A stretch of DNA of 20,000 nt from an uncultured virus (IMG/VR IMGVR_UViG_3300046689_000650) (Duplodnaviria > Heunggongvirae > Uroviricota > Caudoviricetes). Below, one piece after another: positions 7,425 to 15,274 of the stretch. Position numbers and translations under genes: made by a program. The DNA lies in the IMG/VR virus record IMGVR_UViG_3300046689_000650; one strand, given 5' to 3'. The number at the start of each line of letters is the position of its first letter. The stretch's first letter is position 1. The notes under the pieces were generated by a model that was given only the letters and a program-made list of their open reading frames with translations, was not told the origin of the DNA and made no database searches.

Positions 7425-8324
7425 TCAGTTCCAGTCCTCGAGGTAGGCGGCGTCGTCTGCGGGATTGCGGTGAGGGCCGTCGGGCGCGGCCACGGAGTCG
7501 AGCGGGTCGTCGTAGCTGCCGTTGTTCAGCCAGGTCGCGGAGTACGGCGTGTAGCGGTCGGCCTTGCCGTCGAGGTGCTGGGCGTAGGCCTTGGCCGCTT
7601 TGACGATCAGGTCCGGGTCGGCGCCGCGATCGAGAGCTGCCATCCAGGCCGTCCTGGACTTCTCTCGCTGCATGGGCCTCGGGTAGAGGAGCCAGAAGTC
7701 GCCGAACGCCTTCAGGGCGTAGTCGCGTTCTTCGTCTCCGGCCGCCGATCGAGCCGAGTTGCGGGCGCCGTAAGAGTCTTTTGGTTCAGCTCTTGGTTCA
7801 GTCTTTTGGTTTGGGTGACGTGGGCGTCGCCCCTCCTGCGACGTGGGCGTCACCCCATCCGAGACGTCGGCGTCACCGGTGACGTCCACGTCACCCCTGA
7901 CGTCCACGTCACCCGTCAAACCGGACGACGCATCGTCTGAGCTGGACTTCTTCTTTCCGCCCCTTCGACGGGATGACGCCAGCGCCACCCGTGACGTCCG
8001 CGTCACCTCATGCGAGCCGGCGCGGCCTCCCGGAACGACCCACTCGAGGGCCAGGTCGTAGACCTCCGGGCGCTTCCCTTCGGGGAGGTGGGCTGCCTTC
8101 GACTGGTCGCCGAGGCGGATGAAGCCGAGCTCTCGGAGCTGCTTGAGGTCACGCTGAACGGAGCGCTCGGCCTTGCAGGCGTAGGCGGCCAGCCGGGCGA
8201 CCGACGGGTATGTCCCGCGGCCCTTCTTGTCGGCGTGGCGAGCCAACCCGGCGAGGGTGGCGACGAGCTGCGCGGGCATCGGCGGCGCGTCTTCGAGTGC
8301 CCAGTCCATGGCCTCAACGCTCAC
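7425..8324 (-). CDS. Phage replication initiator with N-terminal winged HTH
   Basis: MSVEAMDWAL...LARHADKKG..TYPSVARLA...SVQRDLKQLRELGFI; C-terminal FGDFWLLYPR...ATWLN; internal iterons; upstream of the DnaC-like gene. Confidence 0.88.
   Translation of the reverse strand: MSVEAMDWALEDAPPMPAQLVATLAGLARHADKKGRGTYPSVARLAAYACKAERSVQRDLKQLRELGFIRLGDQSKAAHLPEGKRPEVYDLALEWVVPGGRAGSHEVTRTSRVALASSRRRGGKKKSSSDDASSGLTGDVDVRGDVDVTGDADVSDGVTPTSQEGRRPRHPNQKTEPRAEPKDSYGARNSARSAAGDEERDYALKAFGDFWLLYPRPMQREKSRTAWMAALDRGADPDLIVKAAKAYAQHLDGKADRYTPYSATWLNNGSYDDPLDSVAAPDGPHRNPADDAAYLEDWN
7770..8008. repeat. Putative replication origin: seven 18-bp quasi-palindromic iterons plus a T-rich repeat tract
   Basis: Consensus GTGACG-N4-CGTCACCC at 7815, 7838, 7861, 7879, 7897, 7973 and 7991; adjacent tract gtcttttggttcagctcttggttcagtcttttggtt at ~7776-7811. 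Confidence 0.8.
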
Positions 8325-8430
8325 TTCGGTCTCTTCTCAAGGAGGGGTGTCTCTCTGGGTGTTCAGCTGTTTTGGGACAGCCCTCATGGGGGCGACGTGG
8401 CCTGTGGTGCTAGGGCTTCGCTCGCATCTG

Positions 8431-8482
8431 AATTGTACAACCCGACGGACATTACAAGCGAGCTCTTGTGTATCCTGGTCGC
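8431..8482. promoter_or_regulatory. Divergent promoter/operator region between the initiator and the antitoxin
   Basis: TTGTACAA palindrome at 8433-8440 (contains TACAAT on -); acaag-N6-cttgt inverted repeat at 8454-8469; TATCCT at 8471-8476, 6 nt before ATG 8483 (leaderless pattern). Confidence 0.6.
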
Positions 8483-8782
8483 ATGAGTGAGTCCGCGATC
8501 CGACAGTTGGGCGTGTCCGAGGCCCGCGCGAACATGACCGAGGTCATTGCCGAGGTACGTCTGCTCAACAAGCCCGTCGCGCTCACTCGCCGCGATAAAC
8601 CGCAGGCCATGGTCATCTCCATGGACCGCTGGAAGGCTGCCGTCCTTGACGCCGAGGTCCGCCCCATCCACGAGGACGTGATCCGCCGGCTCAAGCAGCT
8701 GCTTGAGGACCCGGAGTTCTCCGAGATGCTCGAGCGGAAAGACCACGACCTTCACTACGTGCTCGAGACCAACAGCCTCTGA
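8483..8782 (+). CDS. Phd/YefM-family antitoxin-like protein (orphan)
   Basis: LGVSEARANMTEVIAEV....PVALTRRDKPQAMVIS matches the Phd/YefM N-terminal pattern; no toxin gene follows. Confidence 0.85.
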   Translation: MSESAIRQLGVSEARANMTEVIAEVRLLNKPVALTRRDKPQAMVISMDRWKAAVLDAEVRPIHEDVIRRLKQLLEDPEFSEMLERKDHDLHYVLETNSL

Positions 8783-8810
8783 CGTCACGTCCCCTCCTCT
8801 GCGGTCTCCC

Positions 8811-8832
8811 AGCCCCGCCTTCCGGCGGGGCT
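8811..8832. terminator. Bidirectional terminator between the antitoxin and the C5 methyltransferase
   Basis: agccccgcc-ttcc-ggcggggct perfect 9-bp stem between convergent stops. Confidence 0.75.
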
Positions 8833-8846
8833 TCGTCGTGTGCGGG

Positions 8847-9806
8847 CTAGGCGGCTGCTGCGAGTTGGCGGTGCGGCCGGAGGATTCCGGCGGCTTCGAG
8901 GACGGCCGCGGCGAGCGGTACCGGGACTGCGTTGCCGACGGCGAGGTACTGCTGGCCGGCGCGCCCGTGGAATACGAGTCCGGGCCGGAAGCCCTGGAGC
9001 GCGGCGCATTCGGCGATGGTGGGCCGCAGGTGCGGGAGTTCCCGGTCGCGCCAGGCCGCGGTGCCGATGTGCCGCTTCATCGCCTGCCGTGTCCCGTTGC
9101 CGAACGGCTCGGCTCCCCCGGTGTAGGTGCCGCCGGAGGTGACGGTGGGTGCGGGGCGTTGGGTGTAGCCCCAGCCGATGACGTCGGCCATGGCGGTCTG
9201 GGCCGGCTGGCCGAGCCCGCCGTGGGTGGGTGCGGGGAGCTGGATGTCGGCGATGCGGGAGGCGATGAGGACGGCCCGCTTGCGGGTCTGGCCGAGCCCG
9301 TAGTCCGCGGCGTCGAGGACGCCGGTGGCGACGCTGTAGCCCCAGCGTTGGAGGATGCCGGCGTACTGCTCCCAGACGGGCAGGACGCTGGGTACCTGTT
9401 CCATGGCGATGCGCTGCGGCTGCAGGTCGTAGTGCCAGCGCATCGGTTCGGCGGTGAGGATGCTGCGCCAGTCCAGGCAGTTGGCGCCGATCGCGGCCCG
9501 GGTGTCTTTGCCGCGGGAGAGGTCTTCGATCGCCTGGTGGACGAGCGGGAGATCCTGCAGGCCCAGCTTCTTGCCGCTCTTCCCGAAGCCGGGGCACGGC
9601 GGGCTGTCGATCTTGTCGACGTCGTAGCCCTTGAACGGGGCGGTCGGGTAGCGGGTGACGTCGCAGCGGATCGTCGTGTGCCCGGCACCGATGCGGGTGC
9701 GGCAGGCCGCGGCGTCCAGCTCCAGGCCCACCTCGTCGTGCAGGCCGGTCTCGGACCAGCCGATGCCGGCGAAGCCGTGAACGGTCAGGTGCTGTCGGCG
9801 GATCAT
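8847..9806 (-). CDS. DNA cytosine-5 methyltransferase
   Basis: Motif I FAGIG, catalytic SPPCPGF, MEQVP (motif VI variant), QTRKRA (VIII), ECAALQGF (IX), VGNAVP (X). Confidence 0.93.
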   Translation of the reverse strand: MIRRQHLTVHGFAGIGWSETGLHDEVGLELDAAACRTRIGAGHTTIRCDVTRYPTAPFKGYDVDKIDSPPCPGFGKSGKKLGLQDLPLVHQAIEDLSRGKDTRAAIGANCLDWRSILTAEPMRWHYDLQPQRIAMEQVPSVLPVWEQYAGILQRWGYSVATGVLDAADYGLGQTRKRAVLIASRIADIQLPAPTHGGLGQPAQTAMADVIGWGYTQRPAPTVTSGGTYTGGAEPFGNGTRQAMKRHIGTAAWRDRELPHLRPTIAECAALQGFRPGLVFHGRAGQQYLAVGNAVPVPLAAAVLEAAGILRPHRQLAAAA

Positions 9807-10654
9807 GCGGCCACCGCCACGTCGTACTCGGGGTGGTCGCGGAAGGCGTGGTCGATGTAGCTCTTGTCGACGCCGAGGCGTTCGGCGGCGGCGGCCCGGT
9901 CGAGCCCGGCGGTGGTCATGACCCAGTGCGCGTCTTGCGCGATGAGCTCACGGCGGGTGACGCGGTACATCGGTTCGAAGTGGGGGTCGTCGATGGCGCC
10001 GGGGTGCTGGTCCCAGTACTTCGGCGGGGCCCACTTGTGCTGCTTGGCGTTGCGCAGGGCGCGCCCGACGCCGATGTCGCTGACGCCATAACGGCGGGGC
10101 TTGCTCCTGCGGAGTCGTTCGTAGGCTTCGATGGTGGCCTGGGCGGTGGCGCCGTAGACCTGCTGGGTGCGGGTGAGGACGCGCCGCACGTGGTCGGGCT
10201 GGATGCCGATGTGCGGGCCGAGTTCCTTCAGCGGCCATCCGATCGCGGACAGTGCCTGGATGCGGCGGCGGGTGCCGGTGGGGTCAACCCGGCCGGGCAG
10301 GACCGGCTCGACGGGGATGGCGAGGATCTTGGCCTGCACCTCGACCGTGGTCTGCCGGATCATTCCGCGGCCCTGCTTCACGGCTGGCTGCGTGTACAGG
10401 CGGACGGTGTTCCAGTCGATGCCGGTGCGATCCGATACCCGTTGAATGGTGAAGCCTGCGGCGTACAGCTTGAGCAGGTGCTCGCGAACTGGGGTGGCGT
10501 CGATGAACGGCTGCCACGTTCCGGCTGCGACGGCACGGGCGCGGTTGCGCTGCCAGGTGTTGAACCGCTCGACGCACTCGGGGAGCCGGCACTGGTAGTC
10601 GGTGTAGCAAGTCAGGTTGCGGTGGTGGGGGGCTTCGCGGACGGCGGTGGTCAC
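9803..10654 (-). CDS. Multi-HTH DNA-binding protein with an N-terminal Cys/His knuckle
   Basis: HRNLTCY...CRLPEC; HTH-like segments FTIQRVSDRTGI, WPLKELGPHIGI and AAAAERLGVDKSYI. Confidence 0.75.
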   Translation of the reverse strand: MTTAVREAPHHRNLTCYTDYQCRLPECVERFNTWQRNRARAVAAGTWQPFIDATPVREHLLKLYAAGFTIQRVSDRTGIDWNTVRLYTQPAVKQGRGMIRQTTVEVQAKILAIPVEPVLPGRVDPTGTRRRIQALSAIGWPLKELGPHIGIQPDHVRRVLTRTQQVYGATAQATIEAYERLRRSKPRRYGVSDIGVGRALRNAKQHKWAPPKYWDQHPGAIDDPHFEPMYRVTRRELIAQDAHWVMTTAGLDRAAAAERLGVDKSYIDHAFRDHPEYDVAVAA

Positions 10655-10884
10655 GGTGTCTCCCTTCGCGGGCTGGGCGTGTTCCAGATGGCGTTGCAGG
10701 TGTCGAGGTCGGCCTGACGGCGCTGCAGGCGTTCGGCTTCGGCCTGCCGTTCCCGCCGCCGTTCGATGCGCCGGCTGGCGGCGTTGAGTGCGAGCCAGAC
10801 GGCGATGGCGACGGCGGGTGTGAGTACGGCGGTGACTGGGTGGGCGGCGATGAGGTTGATGACCCAGTCGGCGATGGGGCTCAC
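10651..10884 (-). CDS. Small membrane protein
   Basis: GTGA overlaps at both ends; hydrophobic N-terminus followed by a charged helix. Confidence 0.7.
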   Translation of the reverse strand: MSPIADWVINLIAAHPVTAVLTPAVAIAVWLALNAASRRIERRRERQAEAERLQRRQADLDTCNAIWNTPSPRRETP

Positions 10885-11012
10885 GTCCGCCTCCCGCGCG
10901 CCCAGTCGGCGACGAGGGTCCCGGCCGCGACGAGTCCGCCGGCGACGGCTCCTGCGGCGATGAGGGCGAGGTACAGGCGGCCGAGGCTGCGGTCCTCCAG
11001 GCGGGCCATCAC
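10881..11012 (-). CDS. Very small membrane protein (~43 aa)
   Basis: GTGATG overlapping the upstream stop; LYLALIAAGAVAGGLVAAGTLVADW. Confidence 0.6.
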   Translation of the reverse strand: MMARLEDRSLGRLYLALIAAGAVAGGLVAAGTLVADWARGRRT

Positions 11013-11386
11013 GCGGCGCTCCGCTGCTGCTGGGTGCGGGCGGCTCGGCGCTGGGCGGCGATCTGCCGGCCCTTCGCGGTGAGCGTCCAAACCGCGATGG
11101 GATGCCCGTGCGTGGCGGCACTGGTGGAGGGCACGTATTGGCCGGTGTGGGCGATGATCCCCGCCGACCGCAGGCTGTTGATGGCGGCGCCGAGGAAGCC
11201 GTTGCCCAGCTCGGGCAGGACTTTCCGGATCTGATTGCAGCTGAAGGTCGGGTAGCGCTCGCCGAAGTGCAGGACGGCCTGCTCGACGAGGAACCGGTCC
11301 CATTCGGAATGCTTGGCGATGTCGTCGAGGAGGGCGTCCTTCTCCGTGGACGCGAGCCGCTCGGCAACAGACAGACGACGGGTCAT
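11009..11386 (-). CDS. Hypothetical protein, possible winged helix
   Basis: AAGGA RBS; FSCNQIRKVLP...GAAINSLRSAGII...VWTLTAKG. Confidence 0.75.
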   Translation of the reverse strand: MTRRLSVAERLASTEKDALLDDIAKHSEWDRFLVEQAVLHFGERYPTFSCNQIRKVLPELGNGFLGAAINSLRSAGIIAHTGQYVPSTSAATHGHPIAVWTLTAKGRQIAAQRRAARTQQQRSAA

Positions 11387-11406
11387 GTGATGTCCTTGGG
11401 TCGAGG

Positions 11407-11433
11407 GGCCGGCCCGATTCCCGCGGGCCGGCC
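11407..11433. terminator. Intergenic hairpin
   Basis: ggccggcccg-N7-cgggccggcc 10-bp stem just after the 11447 stop. Confidence 0.55.
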
Positions 11434-11446
11434 TCCGGTGTGCGGG

Positions 11447-12379
11447 CTACTTGCTGTCGACGAGCTCGGCGGGGTACACCCCGTCCTCGTCGGGTCCGGA
11501 GTTCTCCGACTTCTTGCGCTCGGAGATCTCCTTGAGGTCGGCGATCAACTGGTCGTTGAGGTGGCCGGCCGCGTTGGCCTGGCGGTATACGTCGCCGACG
11601 TCGTCAGGGGTGAGGGCGCCTTCGGCGAGGGCCAGGTAGTCCGGGCGGGGCGCCTCGATCGCGGCGACCGCCTGCCCACCGCCGGCGGGGTTGAGGGCAA
11701 CCGCGGTCGGGAGGGGTCCGGCGAGGGCCTGCCTCGGGGTGACCCCGCGCAGCTCGACCACGACGACGGGGAATTTCTTCGTCTCCCCCTCGCGGACGAC
11801 CTGTCGCGGTTCGATCCGCAGCGTCACCGGCACGAACCCGCGGCCGTCGGTCCCGGCGAGGACCATGTCGACCATGCCGCCCCACTCGGATGCGGCATAG
11901 AAGGAGTGCGTCTCGGCCCGCCACAGACCCATCCCGGACAGGTCGGGGAGCATCACATTCAGGCGGGACGTGGTGGAGCAGACGACGCCCTTCTTCTGCT
12001 GGTGCCAGTCCTCACCGAACCGGGCCGCGCAGAGGCATGCCTGCCGCGACAGGAGCTCGGTCTCGCCGTCGCATCGGCGCTGACATCCGCCCTTCGTCCA
12101 GAGCTCGTTGTACTGATTCAGCGGATCACCGGGCGTGATCAGAGCCTCGATCGAGGACGCCTTCGTGATGACCCGCCACTGCTGGATCGTCGAGTTGAGC
12201 GGCGCCCACTGCTCGGGCTTGCCGCCCCACAGTTCGGCCGCGGCCCGGACGTGCTCCTCGGAGTGGGAGGTGACGACCCAGTTCGCGGACCGCATGGGCC
12301 GGTTGCCCTGGGTGTAGCCGGTGCGGAGTCGGCCGTGCTCGGCGGCGCGGGCCTGGATGTTGCGGAGTCGGGAGCCCAC
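11447..12379 (-). CDS. Cys-rich phage protein resembling the phiC31 Gp3-like (recombination directionality factor-like) family
   Basis: GRLRTG, CQRRCDG, CLC, CSTTSRLNVMLP, GLWRAETHSFYAA, acidic tail; family assignment is from memory of the pattern; GTG 2 nt after the exonuclease stop. Confidence 0.65.
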   Translation of the reverse strand: MGSRLRNIQARAAEHGRLRTGYTQGNRPMRSANWVVTSHSEEHVRAAAELWGGKPEQWAPLNSTIQQWRVITKASSIEALITPGDPLNQYNELWTKGGCQRRCDGETELLSRQACLCAARFGEDWHQQKKGVVCSTTSRLNVMLPDLSGMGLWRAETHSFYAASEWGGMVDMVLAGTDGRGFVPVTLRIEPRQVVREGETKKFPVVVVELRGVTPRQALAGPLPTAVALNPAGGGQAVAAIEAPRPDYLALAEGALTPDDVGDVYRQANAAGHLNDQLIADLKEISERKKSENSGPDEDGVYPAELVDSK

Positions 12380-12381
12380 GG

Positions 12382-13224
12382 TCAGGCCACCTTTCGGAAG
12401 TTGCGCCACCGGGCCGGGACGGGCTGGTCCGGGGCGAGAAGGGCCGGGTAGGAGGACGGGGCGGCGTGGTGCCACAGGGCGTTGACGAGGGCGCCGCGGA
12501 AGGCTTTGTGGGCGTCGCGGCCGGCGGGCATCTCGACGAGGGCGTGGGACTTGGCTCGCAGGTTGAGGACGCCGGTCTTCTGGATCTTCGGCATCGGCTG
12601 CTCGGTGTCGTCGGGGAGCAGGACGGTCTCGCAGTAGCGGAGGGCCGCTAGCTGCTGGGTGTTCTCCGGGTAGACGGCTTTCGCGGAGCGGGTCGCGGAC
12701 GTCTTGAAGTCGATCAGCCAGAGTTCGAGCTTGCGGCCGGGCCCGGTGGGCAGCCAGATCATGAGGTCGGCGGTGCCGGCGTAGCCGAGGCGTCGGTGCA
12801 GGCAGGTGATCTCGGCGGCTTCGACGTGCTTGTCGATGTCGACGCCCCAGAAGGAGAGGAACGCTTCCAGCTGGGCGAGGTAGGGGGCGACCGTCGCCTC
12901 GACCGCGAACGGGGCGCCGAGGAGACGGAGTTCCGCGGCTCGGTGGATGAGCGTGCCGAGATCGGACGCTGTGTCCCGTGCGTCGACGTGGATCTGCTTG
13001 AGCTGCTTGACCAGCGCGGTCCGGTCCGTGATGGCCCGGCGGGCAACTTCCATGCGGTGGTCGAGGATCCACTCGATGGTGACCTTGACGGCCCACGGCA
13101 TCAACGCGTGCTTGTGGACGCTGGTGCCGAGAACGTTGGTGACGGAGACGAGGTCCGGGCCGCCAGCCGGGTCGGTGTAGTAGCGGCCGTTGTCGGTGTC
13201 GTGGGCGTAGCGGGGGTCGGTCAC
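12382..13224 (-). CDS. PD-(D/E)XK (RecB/Cas4-like) exonuclease
   Basis: SVTNVL, GTLIH, E...GYAGTADL...LIDFKT...QQLAAL; GTGA overlap with the upstream gene. Confidence 0.85.
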   Translation of the reverse strand: MTDPRYAHDTDNGRYYTDPAGGPDLVSVTNVLGTSVHKHALMPWAVKVTIEWILDHRMEVARRAITDRTALVKQLKQIHVDARDTASDLGTLIHRAAELRLLGAPFAVEATVAPYLAQLEAFLSFWGVDIDKHVEAAEITCLHRRLGYAGTADLMIWLPTGPGRKLELWLIDFKTSATRSAKAVYPENTQQLAALRYCETVLLPDDTEQPMPKIQKTGVLNLRAKSHALVEMPAGRDAHKAFRGALVNALWHHAAPSSYPALLAPDQPVPARWRNFRKVA

Positions 13225-13955
13225 TGTTGGCCGCCGTTGCTGAGCGCCTGGCCCGCCAGCTCGCCGAGCTGCTCGTCGGTGGCTGTGTAGAAGGCGTCGG
13301 CCTTGGTGATCGCGTCGTAGACGTCGCGGGCCCATCGGGCGTCGCCGAGTGCAGTGTGGGCAGCGGCCTTGGCCGGGGGCTCGATGCCCATGAGCCGGGA
13401 CAGCTCGTAGGACTTCCAGCCGTCTTCGAGGAGTCGGTCGGCCCGGTTGTAGAACTCGGCGTCGCAGTTCTGCTTGGTCAGGGTGTACGCCTGCCCGTAC
13501 AGGTGGCCGACGGCCAGGGTGGCGATGTCGACGGTGCGGTAGTGCCAGCGGGGAGTGACGCCCGCCTCATGGAAGATCTTCGACAGGAACCGGTCGTCGA
13601 AGGCGGGGTTGGATCCGACGAGCATGGCGCCGTCGAGGATGGCCATCAGGTCGTGCATGAGGTCTGCCTCGGTAAGGGGCGTGACCTCGTCCGGTGTGGT
13701 GGTGGAGATCTCGATGGCGAACTCCCCGTCGGGGACGGCGAATCGCTGCTCGTACTGGTTGATCTCCAGGGCCTTCGGGTCGGCCTGGGCGAGGCTGGTG
13801 CGGATCTGGAGGAGGTACTCCAGGTCGGTGACGCCGGGACGACGAAGGATGACGGCGATCTCCCATGCGTCGTGCTTCCGCGGGTCGAGGCCGGTGGTCT
13901 CGGTGTCGATGAAGGCGAGAGGCCGAGAGGCCTTCGCGGTGCTGTCGGTACTCAT
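13221..13955 (-). CDS. DEDDh 3'-5' exonuclease (DnaQ-like)
   Basis: ExoI FIDTETTG, ExoII NPAFDDRFL, ExoIII AHTALGDA; GGAG RBS before ATG 13955. Confidence 0.92.
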   Translation of the reverse strand: MSTDSTAKASRPLAFIDTETTGLDPRKHDAWEIAVILRRPGVTDLEYLLQIRTSLAQADPKALEINQYEQRFAVPDGEFAIEISTTTPDEVTPLTEADLMHDLMAILDGAMLVGSNPAFDDRFLSKIFHEAGVTPRWHYRTVDIATLAVGHLYGQAYTLTKQNCDAEFYNRADRLLEDGWKSYELSRLMGIEPPAKAAAHTALGDARWARDVYDAITKADAFYTATDEQLGELAGQALSNGGQQ

Positions 13956-13984
13956 GGTTCTCCGTTTCAAGGTGTGGGGCGCCG

Positions 13985-14026
13985 GGGCCGCCGCCGATTC
14001 CCTGGGGGTTGGGAGGGCGGCGGCCC
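13985..14026. terminator. Intergenic hairpin
   Basis: gggccgccgcc ... ggcggcggccc 11-bp stem with a long loop. Confidence 0.45.
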
Positions 14027-14085
14027 TCGGCTGGCAGGCGGAGCAAGGGGGGGAAGCTCGACACCTGCCGGTCTGTGGTTGTCGG

Positions 14086-14424
14086 TCAGGCGGCGATGAT
14101 CAGGCCGCTGGTGGTCTCCATCAGCCGGTCGTAGTAGCCGGTCAAGTCGAAGTCCGCGTCCGCGCGGAGCTCGTCGGCCGGCCGCGTCCAGTCGGCGAAG
14201 TCGGCAACCTGCCGGGCGGCGTTGACGGCGTCGTCGTGGCTGGCGAACGCGGCCATGGCGAGCCCGGAGTGGTGGCCGAGCCGCCACAGGTAGGCGTCGC
14301 CGTCGGGGTGGCGGAGCTCTTCCGGCTCCTCGTACACCCGCAGGCCGGGCACGGGCTCGATCGCCTGGACGAGGACGGGCGTTGCCGTCCGGGTGGCCCT
14401 CACCTCGTGGGTGGAAGCGTTCAC
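14086..14424 (-). CDS. Hypothetical protein, paralogue of 3782..4105
   Basis: AGGAG RBS before GTG; shared motifs EPVPGLRVYE, WxLxHHxG, ADWTR. Confidence 0.8.
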   Translation of the reverse strand: MNASTHEVRATRTATPVLVQAIEPVPGLRVYEEPEELRHPDGDAYLWRLGHHSGLAMAAFASHDDAVNAARQVADFADWTRPADELRADADFDLTGYYDRLMETTSGLIIAA

Positions 14425-14456
14425 GGGAATCTCCTGTGGGATGCTGATGTCGGACT

Positions 14457-14486
14457 CCCGCCGAATTCACCTCGGCGGGGGTTTTT
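14457..14486 (+). terminator. Terminator-like hairpin with its T-tract on the + (antisense) strand
   Basis: cccgccga-attcacc-tcggcggg followed by ggttttt. Confidence 0.6.
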
Positions 14487-14528
14487 CGTTCACCGGCCGC
14501 CCGTACCTGAAGGCCGGGCGGCTGGGAG

Positions 14529-15059
14529 TCAGGCGGCCGGCTCGGGCTCGTCCCTTACGCCCCACGAGCAGGGCAGCCGGCCGGGGTTGGTGGTGGCGAA
14601 CGGCGCCTGATGCAGCGGCATCACGCGCGTGACGATGGGGATCTCCTGCGTGCGGGCCACTGCCGTTTCGGCGAGCTTCCGCACGTCCAGGCGGCGTTCG
14701 GCGTCGGTGACCTGGTTTTCGAGGTCGCGGATCCACCGGTCGCGGGCCTCGACATCCCGCTCGGCGACGGCCAGTGCTCCCTGCTCATCGGCGAGTTCGG
14801 CGCGCAGCCGGCGGACGTCGTCTTCGAGGTCGGTGATGAGCTGGACCTGAATGACGAACGTGTCGTCGGCTGCGGCCTTCAGGTTGAGGAGGGCCACGTT
14901 GTCGGCGCGGAGTTCCGTGAGCTCGGCCATCGCCTGGTCCAGGGCTGCGGTCAGTGACGTCGACCTGTCTTCGGCCTGGGTCAGCTCGCGTTGCAGCTGG
15001 AGTCCGGTCTTGCCGCGGTGGCGGTTCCGGTAGCGGGCGGGGATCAGGTTCATGCTCAC
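14529..15059 (-). CDS. Coiled-coil hypothetical protein
   Basis: Heptad-like L/E/R/A pattern; GTGA overlap. Confidence 0.8.
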   Translation of the reverse strand: MSMNLIPARYRNRHRGKTGLQLQRELTQAEDRSTSLTAALDQAMAELTELRADNVALLNLKAAADDTFVIQVQLITDLEDDVRRLRAELADEQGALAVAERDVEARDRWIRDLENQVTDAERRLDVRKLAETAVARTQEIPIVTRVMPLHQAPFATTNPGRLPCSWGVRDEPEPAA

Positions 15060-15274
15060 GACGCGTTCTCCAGTCCGGTGCGGTCGATGTATCCGGCGGC
15101 GAGGCTGGCCTTGTAGCTGGCGGTGGTGCGGAGGGTGTGGTTGAGCTCGCGCTTAGCTGCCAGTTCCGTGGTCCGCTCGGCCACGACGTCGGTCAGGCCG
15201 CGGATGACGAGGCGGCGCAACGCGTTGGCGAAGCCCGCGATCGGCGACAGGCGGGTCGGGAGCGGGGCGGTCAC
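15056..15274 (-). CDS. Hypothetical protein (72 aa)
   Basis: GTGA overlaps at both ends; VTAPLPTRLSP...LENAS. Confidence 0.65.
   Translation of the reverse strand: MTAPLPTRLSPIAGFANALRRLVIRGLTDVVAERTTELAAKRELNHTLRTTASYKASLAAGYIDRTGLENAS

Noticed and set aside
7815..8008. CRISPR array
   Set aside because: Repeats are 18 bp with spacers mostly 0-5 bp and lie inside a coding gene; no cas operon, and the Cas4-like nuclease lacks the Fe-S cysteine set
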